Shown here: positions 1-10,129 of the stretch, one piece after another | Layout: each line of letters starts with the position of its first letter | Numbering within the stretch: position 1 is the stretch's first letter | From: Bacteroidia bacterium | Lineage (GTDB): Bacteria; Bacteroidota; Bacteroidia; AKYH767-A; OLB10 | Assembly (NCBI GenBank): GCA_037045145.1 | Contig: JBAOIA010000012.1 | Span: 857,550 to 921,549, forward strand | DNA: 64,000 nt | Direction of reading: 5' to 3' | Notes under the pieces: generated by a model | Seen by the model: only the letters and a program-made list of their open reading frames with translations | The model's database searches: none | Told to the model about the DNA's origin: nothing | Program-made: the position numbers and the translations under genes

Positions 1-3000
1 ACCGTTTTTGCTTCTAAGGCACAAGCTCCTACAAATCAGGATTGTCCGAATGCAATTCCAATCTGTAACACCACCTACTCCACTGTGATTTCATACAGCG
101 GAACAGGAAATATTCCTAATGAAATTAATAGTGGCAGTTCCTGTCTGTTAAGTGGCGAACGAAATGATGTTTGGTACACATTTACGACACCATTTTTCGG
201 AAATCTTAACTTTACAATTACACCGAACAATCCTGCTGACGATTATGATTGGGCAGTTTACAATCTTACTACAGCCACTTGTGCCGATATCTTTACAAAT
301 CCTTCTATAGAAGTCAGTTGCAATTATGCACCTAACCTAGGTTGCAATGGAACTACAGGTCCTAATAATCAGACTGCCGGTCCATGTGGCGGACAAAATA
401 ATCCAATGATACCCGTTACACCGGGTCAGACTTATGTGATTAATGTAAGTAATTTTTCGTCCACACAATCGGGCTATACAATTGATTTTACTGCTTCTAC
501 AGGAAGTATTTTTGATGTCTTTCCACCTTTTTTATTAACCACCTCTTCCTTAACATGTGGTAGCAGTTCATTGACTTTGACATTTAACGAAAACGTAACC
601 TGCAATTCTGTGCAAGCAACAGATTTTGTTTTGACAGGCCCTGGTGGACCTTATATGATTACAGCAGTAAACTCTGCAGGATGTGCAAGTGGAGCTGATT
701 ACAGTAAAGTTTATACTGTTACTTTCTCACCTGCTATATCAATTGCCGGAATTTACAACTTTGCCATCGTAAATCCGGTTCAGGACTTGTGTGGCAACCT
801 AATTTCTGTTCCAACCAATAAATCAATAAATATTAATGGCGCAACAGTTTCTGCCGCACATACTGATGTTTCTTGTTTTGGCGATAATGACGGAAGTATT
901 ACACTGACTCCCGGTGGTATTGGACCTTTTACTTATCAATGGTCACCTAATGTGAGCAGCAGCAATACTGCAACAAATATTACGGCAGGAACTTATACTG
1001 TAACAATATCACCATCTAATGGTGCATGTAGCGCATTGGCCACAGTAACGGTAACAGAACCACCTGATATGGTTTTACAAAATCAAAATATTGTCTCTGC
1101 TGTCTGTGGAGCTTCCAATGGTTCTATTGCAACAACAATTTCCGGTGGAACAGCACCTTATCAATATCAATGGTCGCCATCAGGTGGCACAGGTGCTAGT
1201 GCTTCATCATTAGCACCGGGCAATTATACGCTTACGGTTATTGATAACAACAATTGTGATTTTACACAGACATTTAATGTCCCTGACAATAATAGCATTA
1301 ATGCATCAGTAAACACGATTCAAAATGTAAGTTGCAAGAACGGCACTGATGGTGAAATAACATTGTCTGTTACAGGTGTTTCTGCAAGTGCTACTTACCA
1401 ATGGTCGAATGGAGCAACAACAAAAGATTTGCTGAATATACCTGCAGGCAGCTATACCGTAACTGTAACAGATGGTAATTGTCAGACTACACTTTCCAAC
1501 CTCACCATTATAGAACCTCTTACTTCGGTAATGTCGAACCCGTTGGCTACTGCCACTACATGTGGACTAAATAATGGAGCAATCACTGTAAATGCTTCTG
1601 GCGGAACCGGGGCTCTCAGTTATCAATGGACTCCTTCAGGCGCAGGTGCTTCAACACAAAATTTAGCTTCAGGAACTTATACAATTACTATTACTGATGT
1701 CAATGGATGTACAGCAAAAAGAACGGTTGCTATAGCAACTTCAACATCACCTGTTGCTACAGTAAATTACATCAAGCAAATGGTTTCATGCTACAATGGC
1801 AGCAATGGTAGTGCAAGTATTTCTGTTAATAGTGGAACTGCTCCATATTCTTATCTGTGGTCTTCAGGATTGGGTACTGTTAATTCCATCAATACACTTT
1901 CGGCAGGAAATTATAATGTAACAGTAACGGATCAGGCAGGCTGTACAACTATTGCAGTAGTTACTATTTTGAATGCGCCACAGTTAACATTAACTGCCGG
2001 CACCGTTCAGCATGTTAAATGTTTTGGACAAAGCACAGGCAGTGCAACTTTTAATGGTTCGGGAGGTACTGGAGCACTCACCTACCTTTGGTCACCGGCA
2101 GGAGGCAACAGCAATTCGGCCAGCAACTTATATGCAGGCACCTATACTGTTTTATTGACTGATGCCAATGGATGTACTAAGAATAGCTCAGTTACCATCA
2201 ATCAACCGGCTGCTGCACTAAATAGTAGTATTACACCAACTGCAACAAACTGTGGCCTTAATAATGGAGCATTGGTTACCTCTGCTACCGGAGGCACTGC
2301 ACCATATACCTACCTGTGGTCAAACGGATCTGTAAATGCAAATATTACAAATCTCACATCAGGAACTTATACGCTTACAGTTACAGATGCAAACCTGTGT
2401 GTAAAAACCAAAACCGTATCAGTTGCTGCTTCAACAGCTCCTGTTATCAGTGTAGCTAACTTACAAAACTTAAACTGCGCAAATGCCAACAACGGTAGCA
2501 TAACCATAAACGTTACAAGTGGAATTCAACCATACAGCTATCAATGGACGAATAATGTTTCAAACAGTAATAGTGCCTCCAATCTGGCTGCAGGAAATTA
2601 TATTGTTACCGTTACTGACAACGCTGGTTGTGTAGTTACTTCTTCAAACAATATTACTTCACCTACTGCAATAACGATTCAAACTGTAAGTCAGCAAAAC
2701 GTGAAGTGTTTTGGCAACAATACTGGCAATATTAACATTGCTGCAAGTGGTGGAACAGGCACACTTTCATATTTATGGTCGAATGGTAATACTACTTCAT
2801 CTGTAACATCTTTAACAATGGGTAATTATTCAGTCACAGTAACAGATCAGAATAATTGTACAAAACAACAATCTTTTACAATCACGCAACCGGCTTCTGC
2901 TTTATCTTCTTCAACAACACCCGTCAGTACTTCATGCGGACTTAACAACGGTGCTGCACTTGTTGTTCCTGCCGGTGGCACAACTCCTTATAAATTTCTC

Positions 3001-4590
3001 TGGTCAAACGGATCGAATTCGGCACAAATCAACAACCTTGCTTCCGGAAATTATACGGTTATTGTTTCTGATTTTTACAATTGCAGTCTGACACAATCTG
3101 CCATCATACTTCCATCTACGGCAGTGACCATTCAAAGTACGCAACAGGCCAATGTTGATTGTAATGGAGGCAGCAATGGCACAGCTTCGATTACAGCAGC
3201 CGGTGGTGTAGCACCATATAATTATTTATGGACAGGTGGTCAGACATCAGCTTCTGTTCAAAATTTAGCAGCAGGAAATTATCAGGTAACTGTTACTGAC
3301 AATGTTGGCTGCACAGCATTAAATTCATTTACCATTACACAACCCTCTGCACTTACTGTTGCTTTGCCGGCAGCACAAACCGTGTGCGAAATGCAAGCTT
3401 CAACAGTTGCTGCATTACCATCAGGTGGAACTTCTCCTTATTACTTTCTATGGAGTAATGGCCAGACTAATGACACGCTATTTGCAACACCTTCTGCCAA
3501 TACTATTTTTACTTTAACTGTTACCGATAATAATGGCTGTACCTCTGTTGCATCTGCAACGATTAATGTTTTTCCACAGTTAACTTTAAATACATTTAGC
3601 CCCTACTCTGTTTGTCAAAACACATTGTTAAGTTTTACTGCAAATGTTTCAGGCGGTAACGGACAGTATCAATACAACTGGAACAATGGTGCATCAACAC
3701 AACAAACTTTTACACAAACCTATGCTTCATCAACATCGGTAAACCTTACTGCTACTGATGGATGTAATTATTCAACTTCTGCAATTATTCCTGTCAATGT
3801 AGTTCCAACCCCGGTGGTTACTTTTACTGCCGAGAATACTACAGGATGTATTCCACTTACGGTTAATGTAACCGACAATTCGCAATCAATAGCAGGCTCG
3901 GTTTATAACTGGAATACTTCAAATGGAACACTTTTGCAGCAAGGTAATAACTTTCAAATAACTTATACAACTTCAGGCGTATATTATCCTGTACTTACAA
4001 TTAGTACACCGGCACCTGAAAATTGTACTGCCACCTTTACCTACACTGACGGCATTAATGCACTCGATCGTCCTATTGCAGATTTTTCTTTTGCACCTGA
4101 AGAACCAACAATGCTAAATCCTGAGATTGATTTTAAAAATCAATCTCAATTTGCAACAATATATAACTGGAGTTTTGGTGATGGAGTAATTTCATCAGAA
4201 ACAAATCCAACAAACCGATATACAACTATTGGAACTTATGAAGTAACTTTAATTTCTTCGAACACTTACTGTGAAGATACTATTACAAAAACAATTGAAG
4301 TAACAGACCAGTTTTCTTATTACGTTCCCAATTCATTCAGCCCGAATGCTGATGGCAGAAATGATGTTTTTGCTTCGCAAGGAACCAATATTGTTTCTGA
4401 GCGCATGGCTATTTACAACCGCTGGGGGATGAAAATATTTGAATCTTCTGCATTTCCATTTAATTGGAACGGTCGCATGCAAAATACAGGGGATGAATTA
4501 CCAAGGGGGATTTATGTTTACACCATATCCATTACTGACAAGTTTGGCAAGGGTCATTCATACAATGGAACTGTCACATTGATAAAATAA
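1..4590 (+). CDS. Giant cell-surface adhesin, 5'-truncated by the window. About 13 tandem SprB-type repeats, then PKD-like domains and a T9SS type-B (gliding-motility-associated) C-terminal sorting domain
   Basis: Frame 1 is open from nt 1, so the gene starts upstream; 'FASKAQA' looks like a signal-peptide end. Repeats of about 78 aa follow the pattern C.G..NGS...GGT.PY.Y.WS.G...L..G.Y.VTVTD..GC. The C-terminal 'YYVPNSFSPNADGRNDVF...RWGMKIFES' is the T9SS type-B CTD signature. Confidence 0.85.
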   Translation, partial: TVFASKAQAPTNQDCPNAIPICNTTYSTVISYSGTGNIPNEINSGSSCLLSGERNDVWYTFTTPFFGNLNFTITPNNPADDYDWAVYNLTTATCADIFTNPSIEVSCNYAPNLGCNGTTGPNNQTAGPCGGQNNPMIPVTPGQTYVINVSNFSSTQSGYTIDFTASTGSIFDVFPPFLLTTSSLTCGSSSLTLTFNENVTCNSVQATDFVLTGPGGPYMITAVNSAGCASGADYSKVYTVTFSPAISIAGIYNFAIVNPVQDLCGNLISVPTNKSININGATVSAAHTDVSCFGDNDGSITLTPGGIGPFTYQWSPNVSSSNTATNITAGTYTVTISPSNGACSALATVTVTEPPDMVLQNQNIVSAVCGASNGSIATTISGGTAPYQYQWSPSGGTGASASSLAPGNYTLTVIDNNNCDFTQTFNVPDNNSINASVNTIQNVSCKNGTDGEITLSVTGVSASATYQWSNGATTKDLLNIPAGSYTVTVTDGNCQTTLSNLTIIEPLTSVMSNPLATATTCGLNNGAITVNASGGTGALSYQWTPSGAGASTQNLASGTYTITITDVNGCTAKRTVAIATSTSPVATVNYIKQMVSCYNGSNGSASISVNSGTAPYSYLWSSGLGTVNSINTLSAGNYNVTVTDQAGCTTIAVVTILNAPQLTLTAGTVQHVKCFGQSTGSATFNGSGGTGALTYLWSPAGGNSNSASNLYAGTYTVLLTDANGCTKNSSVTINQPAAALNSSITPTATNCGLNNGALVTSATGGTAPYTYLWSNGSVNANITNLTSGTYTLTVTDANLCVKTKTVSVAASTAPVISVANLQNLNCANANNGSITINVTSGIQPYSYQWTNNVSNSNSASNLAAGNYIVTVTDNAGCVVTSSNNITSPTAITIQTVSQQNVKCFGNNTGNINIAASGGTGTLSYLWSNGNTTSSVTSLTMGNYSVTVTDQNNCTKQQSFTITQPASALSSSTTPVSTSCGLNNGAALVVPAGGTTPYKFLWSNGSNSAQINNLASGNYTVIVSDFYNCSLTQSAIILPSTAVTIQSTQQANVDCNGGSNGTASITAAGGVAPYNYLWTGGQTSASVQNLAAGNYQVTVTDNVGCTALNSFTITQPSALTVALPAAQTVCEMQASTVAALPSGGTSPYYFLWSNGQTNDTLFATPSANTIFTLTVTDNNGCTSVASATINVFPQLTLNTFSPYSVCQNTLLSFTANVSGGNGQYQYNWNNGASTQQTFTQTYASSTSVNLTATDGCNYSTSAIIPVNVVPTPVVTFTAENTTGCIPLTVNVTDNSQSIAGSVYNWNTSNGTLLQQGNNFQITYTTSGVYYPVLTISTPAPENCTATFTYTDGINALDRPIADFSFAPEEPTMLNPEIDFKNQSQFATIYNWSFGDGVISSETNPTNRYTTIGTYEVTLISSNTYCEDTITKTIEVTDQFSYYVPNSFSPNADGRNDVFASQGTNIVSERMAIYNRWGMKIFESSAFPFNWNGRMQNTGDELPRGIYVYTISITDKFGKGHSYNGTVTLIK
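835..3800 (+). repeat. Tandem array of about 13 repeat units of 230-240 bp each, encoding the SprB-type repeats inside the adhesin gene
   Basis: Periodic recurrence of the 'PY.Y.WS.G' and 'VTVTD..GC' protein motifs roughly every 78 aa. Boundaries are approximate. Confidence 0.6.
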
Positions 4591-5043
4591 TCAGCCTCCG
4601 CTTAATAAACTTTTTACAAGCTCACTAATCATTTTATTATCTGCTTTACCTGCAAGTTGTTTTGAAGCGGCACCCATAACTTTTCCCATATCCGATGGTT
4701 GTGTTGCCCCCATTGAAGCGATGATTCCCTTCAACACTTCTTTTACTTCATCGGCACTCATCATTGCTGGTAAAAATTTTTCGATCACAGCAATCTCGTC
4801 TGCTTCATTTTTTGCAAGGTCTGCACGATTTTGTTGGGTGAAAATATCTAAAGATTCTTTACGTTGTTTAACCAACTTTTGCAATAATTTCATTTCATCG
4901 GCCTCTGACAATTCAACATTTGAGCCACTGGTTTTTGCTAATATAATAGCAGATTTAACAGCACGAAGGGCACGTAAAGCAGCCTCATTTTTAGCAAGCA
5001 TTGCAGTTTTTAATTCTGCCATAATTTTTTGTTCAAGATTCAT
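4591..5043 (-). CDS. GatB/YqeY domain protein
   Basis: 'MNLEQKIMAELKTAMLAKNEAALRALRAVKSAI...' matches the GatB/YqeY family over its whole length. The likely start is the ATG at 5041-5043; the track ORF extends 11 codons further. The stop abuts the adhesin stop, making the genes convergent. Confidence 0.85.
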   Translation of the reverse strand: MNLEQKIMAELKTAMLAKNEAALRALRAVKSAIILAKTSGSNVELSEADEMKLLQKLVKQRKESLDIFTQQNRADLAKNEADEIAVIEKFLPAMMSADEVKEVLKGIIASMGATQPSDMGKVMGAASKQLAGKADNKMISELVKSLLSGG

Positions 5044-5392
5044 GATTGCAAATTTTGAACAAAGGTAGTGATTCAATAAAAGTCAGTAAATTATTTTGTG
5101 CAAAAAAGAAAATATCTTAAATACTAAAGTAGAAGTAATAGTCTAGCTTAAAAAATCAACCAACTATACTCAATAAAAAGTATTAATTTAAAAAACAACG
5201 TATAAAACTTTTCTTATGAAGTTAATATAATGAGAAACACAGAATTTTTAGCTACCCACCTTTCAAACATTCAAGGCATGACCTACTTAAGTCATTTGTA
5301 CTTATTATAATTATCACATACTTTCAATGACTTTAATCATTACCCAATCTATAGCCAGATGCTTCCTTTGCACCGGAATTAAAATACTATTT

Positions 5393-6757
5393 ATGCTTTC
5401 ACTTTATAAAGTCAAAAATGCAGTAAATAGTGGTCTCATTGTCCTGTTTTTCACCTATACACTTACTACAAATTTACAAGCACAGGATACGCTAAAATCA
5501 GAAAATAATTTTGACATCCGAGGTCAACTGAGAACACGTTTTGAATTACGTGATGGTGCCTTTAGGCCACTTACAGAAAAAGAACAACCGGCAGCATTGG
5601 TAAGCGAAAGAATTCGCCTTACTTTTGACTACTCTTACAAAGATTTGCTTGAAGTAAAAATTTCTCCGCAGGCTGTTGGAATCTGGGGTCAGGCAAATAT
5701 GGTGCAGGGTGCAGAATACAGCGGTAATCAGTTTGCCATATTTGAAGCCTGGTCAAAAATCAATCTATCACCAAGTGTAAATGTAAAAATCGGTAGGCAA
5801 ATTATTTCTTTGGATGATGAGCGTTTTTTTGGCGAATTAGATTGGGCACAAGGAGGTCGTGCGCATGATGCTCTGGCAATTAACTTCCTTAAAAAATCTT
5901 TTGAGTTACGTGGATATGCAGCCTTCAATCAGAATTACAAAGTATTGTATGCAAACAACCTGAATAACTCCTCTGGGAATTTGTATTCAACAACCGATGG
6001 ATTTCCCTACAAGTGGATGCAAACAATATGGGCCAATATTCCTGTTGGAAAATATTATAGATTCACACTGCTTGCAAACAATCTTGGATTTCAACAAGCT
6101 ACCAGCAGCACCATAGACACCAACACCCTCTACACACAAACATTCGGCTGGAACAACTATTTCAAGAAAAACAAGACTGATATACATGTTGCAGCTTATT
6201 ATCAATACAGTGATAATTTACATGCAATAAATACAAATGCTTTTTTAATCACAGCGAATGCTGCATTTCAAATTTCCAACAAACTTAATCTGGGTCTAGG
6301 AAGTGATTATGTGAGTGGTAATGATGTTGGAAAAACAAACAAGATTAACCATGCATTTAATCCATACTTTCATACAGGGCATAAGTTTTATGGCAACATG
6401 GACTACTACTATGCAGGCAATCCACATAAAAACACAGGAATATCCGATAGCTATTTAAAAGTAAACTTTAAAACTACCGGCAAACTTGCGCTAAATGCAA
6501 TATTGCATCAGTTTATTTCTACTAACAAAATCGGTGACAGCTATAATAAAAACTACAACAGCAATCTTGGTCAGGAGTTAGATTTATTATTCTCATTAAA
6601 AGTGAATACCTTTACAACCTTTACCGGTGGATACTCATTTTATTTAGCGACATCAACACTGAAGTATTTAAAAAATACTCCGGCAGCAAACGATTATCAG
6701 CAATGGTTATGGTTTTCGCTAAACGTAACACCACACTTTTTAAAAACAAATTTTTAA
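5393..6757 (+). CDS. Outer-membrane beta-barrel, alginate-export-like family (putative porin/channel)
   Basis: A signal peptide is followed by alternating amphipathic beta-strand-type sequence rich in Y, N and G. 'QLRTRFELRDGAF' is an N-terminal motif typical of alginate-export-like barrels. Start chosen at the internal Met preceding the signal peptide. Sits directly upstream of nirK. Confidence 0.55.
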   Translation: MLSLYKVKNAVNSGLIVLFFTYTLTTNLQAQDTLKSENNFDIRGQLRTRFELRDGAFRPLTEKEQPAALVSERIRLTFDYSYKDLLEVKISPQAVGIWGQANMVQGAEYSGNQFAIFEAWSKINLSPSVNVKIGRQIISLDDERFFGELDWAQGGRAHDALAINFLKKSFELRGYAAFNQNYKVLYANNLNNSSGNLYSTTDGFPYKWMQTIWANIPVGKYYRFTLLANNLGFQQATSSTIDTNTLYTQTFGWNNYFKKNKTDIHVAAYYQYSDNLHAINTNAFLITANAAFQISNKLNLGLGSDYVSGNDVGKTNKINHAFNPYFHTGHKFYGNMDYYYAGNPHKNTGISDSYLKVNFKTTGKLALNAILHQFISTNKIGDSYNKNYNSNLGQELDLLFSLKVNTFTTFTGGYSFYLATSTLKYLKNTPAANDYQQWLWFSLNVTPHFLKTNF

Positions 6758-6769
6758 ACAAAAAATAAA

Positions 6770-7828
6770 ATGAAACACAAACATCTCACAATTTACACAA
6801 CTACATTGTTGATTACAGCCCTCCTCAGTTGTAATTCAACAAGCACAACAAAACAGGAAACAAATTCTTCGGAGGCAGCACTGGCAATGGTTGCAGAAGG
6901 CAATCCGGAAGTAGCAGAGGTTACAGCAGCACCAAAAGTTCCGGCTCCTGTCGGCACCAGGGCTGCAAAAAAACTCATTGTAAATTTGGTAACTACAGAG
7001 ATTGAGGGAATTATTGCAGACAGTATTCCTTATACATTCTGGACTTTCAACAACACTGTACCCGGAAGCTTTATACGAGTAAGAGAAGGTGATGAAGTGA
7101 CATTAAATCTTAAAAACGATGCCAGCAGCATATTGCCACATAACATTGACCTGCATGCGGTAACCGGACCGGGTGGTGGTGCTGCAGCAACTACTGCGCC
7201 TCCAGGCAAAGAAGCTTCATTTTCTTTTAAAGCAATCAACAAAGGTCTTTATGTATATCATTGTGCTGCACCACCTGTACCCATGCATATTGGTAATGGC
7301 ATGTATGGTCTTATATTGGTTGAACCTGCAGGCGGGTTAAAACCGGTTGACAGAGAATACTACATTATGCAAGGTGACTTTTACACAAAAGCTTCAGTAG
7401 TTAAAAAAGGTTTGATGGAGTTTGACAATGACAAAGCAGTTGCTGAAAATCCGGATTATGTTTTGTTTAATGGCAAAAAAGGTTCATTACTTGGAGCTAA
7501 TATGATTGAGGCAAAGGTTGGAGAAACTGTTAGACTTTTTATTGGAAATGGTGGCCCAAACTTAACATCTTCATTTCACGTTATTGGAGAAATTTTTGAC
7601 AATGTTTATCTCGAAGGCGGATCTACCGTTTCGCACAATATTCAAACAACAATGATTCCGGCAGGCGGATCGGCCATTGTAGAATTTAAATGTGACGTTC
7701 CGGGTGAATATGTTCTGGTTGATCACTCTCTTTCAAGAGCATTTAACAAAGGTTGTATTGGAAAACTTAAAGTTACCGGTGAGCCTAACGAGAAAGTATT
7801 CAGTGCAAAAACTTTGACAAAAGAATAA
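6770..7828 (+). CDS. nirK: Copper-containing nitrite reductase (NirK), lipoprotein
   Basis: The Cu-ligand motifs '[13 protein letters not shown]', '[20 protein letters not shown]' and 'VDHSLSRAF' are diagnostic of NirK. Lipobox 'LLSC'. Confidence 0.9.
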   Translation: MKHKHLTIYTTTLLITALLSCNSTSTTKQETNSSEAALAMVAEGNPEVAEVTAAPKVPAPVGTRAAKKLIVNLVTTEIEGIIADSIPYTFWTFNNTVPGSFIRVREGDEVTLNLKNDASSILPHNIDLHAVTGPGGGAAATTAPPGKEASFSFKAINKGLYVYHCAAPPVPMHIGNGMYGLILVEPAGGLKPVDREYYIMQGDFYTKASVVKKGLMEFDNDKAVAENPDYVLFNGKKGSLLGANMIEAKVGETVRLFIGNGGPNLTSSFHVIGEIFDNVYLEGGSTVSHNIQTTMIPAGGSAIVEFKCDVPGEYVLVDHSLSRAFNKGCIGKLKVTGEPNEKVFSAKTLTKE

Positions 7829-7855
7829 CCCGCTTTTGTCAGCAAAAAATGCAAC

Positions 7856-8698
7856 GTGAAACACTTAATCTTTTTTTTATTCATACTTGTTTTTGCATCC
7901 TGTTCTAAAGAAACCGAAAAGGAAACTGTTTACACTACCTTTCAGGTTAATAAAACTGATACATTACATAGTATAAAAAGCTCCGTTAAGATGGTTTATA
8001 TTCCAGGAGGGGAATATAAACCATTCTACGGTTCTAACACCACATTGGTAAACGTAGCTCCTTTTTTAATGGACGAAAGAGCCGTGACTAATGAAGAATT
8101 TCTACAATTTGTCATTGCAAATCCTCAATGGCAAAAATCAAATATTAAAAGACTGTATGCAGACACCAACTATTTAAAGACATGGCCTACGGATATTTCA
8201 TTACCTGAAAATGCATTGAAAGATGCTCCTGTATGTAATGTATCATGGTTTGCTGCTAAAGCATATGCTCAAAGTGTTGGCAAACGTTTGCCAACATTGG
8301 ATGAATGGGAATTTGTAGCTATGGCAGATGAAGTTACAGCCAATGCAAGAAAGAAACCTAAATATTCAGATGACATCATTGATCTATATCTTCAAAAAAA
8401 CAGGCAATTCAAATCTGTAAAACAAAGCCCACCAAACTATTGGGGTGTTTATAATATGTTTGATCTGATATGGGAATGGACTGATGATTTTAATGCTGTA
8501 CTGACAACCGGTGATTCGCGAAATGGAGAATATAATGACAAGAGCCTTTTCTGTGCAGGTGGTGCTACTTCGGTAACTGATGTCATGAATTATGCAGCAT
8601 ACATGCGATTTGCACTCCGTACGTCCATCAAAGCTGATTACACTATTGGAAATTTAGGATTCCGGTGTGCTAATGACACAACAATAATTAAACAATAA
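7856..8698 (+). CDS. nirV: FGE-sulfatase (formylglycine-generating-enzyme-like) domain lipoprotein, NirV-like
   Basis: 'NVSWFAAKAYAQSVGKRLPTLDEWEFVA...GNLGFRCA' is FGE/SUMF1 domain sequence. It lies immediately downstream of nirK, as NirV does. Lipobox 'FASC'. Confidence 0.75.
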   Translation: MKHLIFFLFILVFASCSKETEKETVYTTFQVNKTDTLHSIKSSVKMVYIPGGEYKPFYGSNTTLVNVAPFLMDERAVTNEEFLQFVIANPQWQKSNIKRLYADTNYLKTWPTDISLPENALKDAPVCNVSWFAAKAYAQSVGKRLPTLDEWEFVAMADEVTANARKKPKYSDDIIDLYLQKNRQFKSVKQSPPNYWGVYNMFDLIWEWTDDFNAVLTTGDSRNGEYNDKSLFCAGGATSVTDVMNYAAYMRFALRTSIKADYTIGNLGFRCANDTTIIKQ

Positions 8699-8710
8699 CA
8701 CTATCATTTT

Positions 8711-9304
8711 ATGAAACTCATTTCACTTTTTTGCATTTCGCTTTTAATGCTTGTTTCCTGCAAAGAAAAAACAGAATCCAAGCAGGATACAGAAGCAACT
8801 GAACAACTTCCTTCCAACTCAATTTTTAATCTCACCTCTGACTGGCAAAATCAAGACGGGAAAACAATAAAGCTAAATGACTTACAAGGCAAGACGCTGG
8901 TAGTAGTTATGATTTATACAACATGTAAAACTGCCTGTCCGATTCTTGTTGCAAAAATGAAAACGATTGAATCTAAATTTGATCGAAAAGACATTGATAA
9001 AATCAACCTCGTTTTAGTTTCTATTGATCCGAAAACTGATACTCCTGAGCACCTTAAAGAATTTTCGATTAAAAATGAAATGACCGGACCACAATGGACC
9101 TTTTTACGCTCTGATGAAAATGCAACCAAAGAATTTGCAAACGTGCTTTCTATGAAATATAAAAAGATTTCACCAATAGATTTTTCACATTCAAATATTA
9201 TCAGCACATTTAAACCCAATGGAATTTTGGTAAGTCAGGAAGAAGGTGATATAAACGTTGATAAAGTTGTTGCAACTGTCAATCAAACAATCAGAAATAA
9301 ATAA
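8711..9304 (+). CDS. SCO1/SenC copper chaperone (thioredoxin-like), lipoprotein
   Basis: 'TTCKTACPIL' is the CxxxC copper-binding motif, followed by '...H' in a SCO-like fold. Lipobox 'LVSC'. Fits the nirK-nirV-senC context. Confidence 0.8.
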   Translation: MKLISLFCISLLMLVSCKEKTESKQDTEATEQLPSNSIFNLTSDWQNQDGKTIKLNDLQGKTLVVVMIYTTCKTACPILVAKMKTIESKFDRKDIDKINLVLVSIDPKTDTPEHLKEFSIKNEMTGPQWTFLRSDENATKEFANVLSMKYKKISPIDFSHSNIISTFKPNGILVSQEEGDINVDKVVATVNQTIRNK

Positions 9305-9395
9305 AAACACTTAATTAAGTTAACCATCGCTTTTTAACTTAAAATTACTTTTAATGAAGTAAGTAATACTATTTGTCTTCCAAAGCTATATTTGC

Positions 9396-10061
9396 ATGAT
9401 GGCAAAAAGATATTCTTTTTTTCAGTGGTTGTTTAGCTTTCTATATCCCGTCATCATACAAAAAGATCAATCGGACGTGAATAGCGTTTTAGAGACTACC
9501 TTGGAAAATGGCAAACTGGTTCTGAACGCTGCAAATGCCAATTACAGCTACGGAAGTCTTTACCGTGTTTTTATAAAAGCATTACTTCGTTTTAATATTA
9601 ACATTAAGAACAAAAAGAAAATTTTAGTTCTTGGCATGGGTGGTGGAAGTGTTGTAAAGTTTTTACTTAAAAACAATTCGCAAGCACAACTTGATGCAGT
9701 TGAAATTGACCGGAAGATTATTAGCATTGCTAAAGAAATGTTTGACCTGACTCCCACAGACAGATTAAATATTTATGCAACAGATGCCATAGAATTCACA
9801 CAGAAATGCACAGAGAAATACGACTTGATTTTAATAGACATTTTTATTGACGATGTTGTTCCTGAGTTTTGTTTCACAGAATCCATTTGGAAATCATTGC
9901 AAAACATTAGTCTTCCAACTTGTGACATTGTATTTAATGCCAGCATGAATCATAATTCCCAAAAACATAATCTTGAATCCCTCAGGCTGCTTAATATAAA
10001 AGAGAAAATCAAATTAGAACAAAACCTTTTTTTTCTGTTACAACCTACTGTGAGTAAGTAA
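9396..10061 (+). CDS. Spermidine-synthase-like (PABS-family) SAM-dependent methyltransferase-fold protein
   Basis: 'KILVLGMGGGSVVKFL...AVEIDRKIISIAKEMF...YDLILIDIF' is the spermidine-synthase-like Rossmann motif arrangement. Confidence 0.5.
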   Translation: MMAKRYSFFQWLFSFLYPVIIQKDQSDVNSVLETTLENGKLVLNAANANYSYGSLYRVFIKALLRFNINIKNKKKILVLGMGGGSVVKFLLKNNSQAQLDAVEIDRKIISIAKEMFDLTPTDRLNIYATDAIEFTQKCTEKYDLILIDIFIDDVVPEFCFTESIWKSLQNISLPTCDIVFNASMNHNSQKHNLESLRLLNIKEKIKLEQNLFFLLQPTVSK

Positions 10062-10129
10062 TTTGTAAGTGCCACATTTTTTTAATCCATTGCATTATAT
10101 TTGCCCAATTAATGCAAACTCCATAACAA

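Noticed and set aside
4721-5068. 115-aa + strand ORF
   Set aside because: It lies entirely antisense within the well-supported GatB/YqeY gene. It has low-complexity composition and no independent support.
5327-5392. Track start codon for the outer-membrane barrel gene at 5327
   Set aside because: The first 22 codons precede a canonical signal peptide that begins at the Met at 5393. The upstream extension is AT-rich promoter-like sequence.
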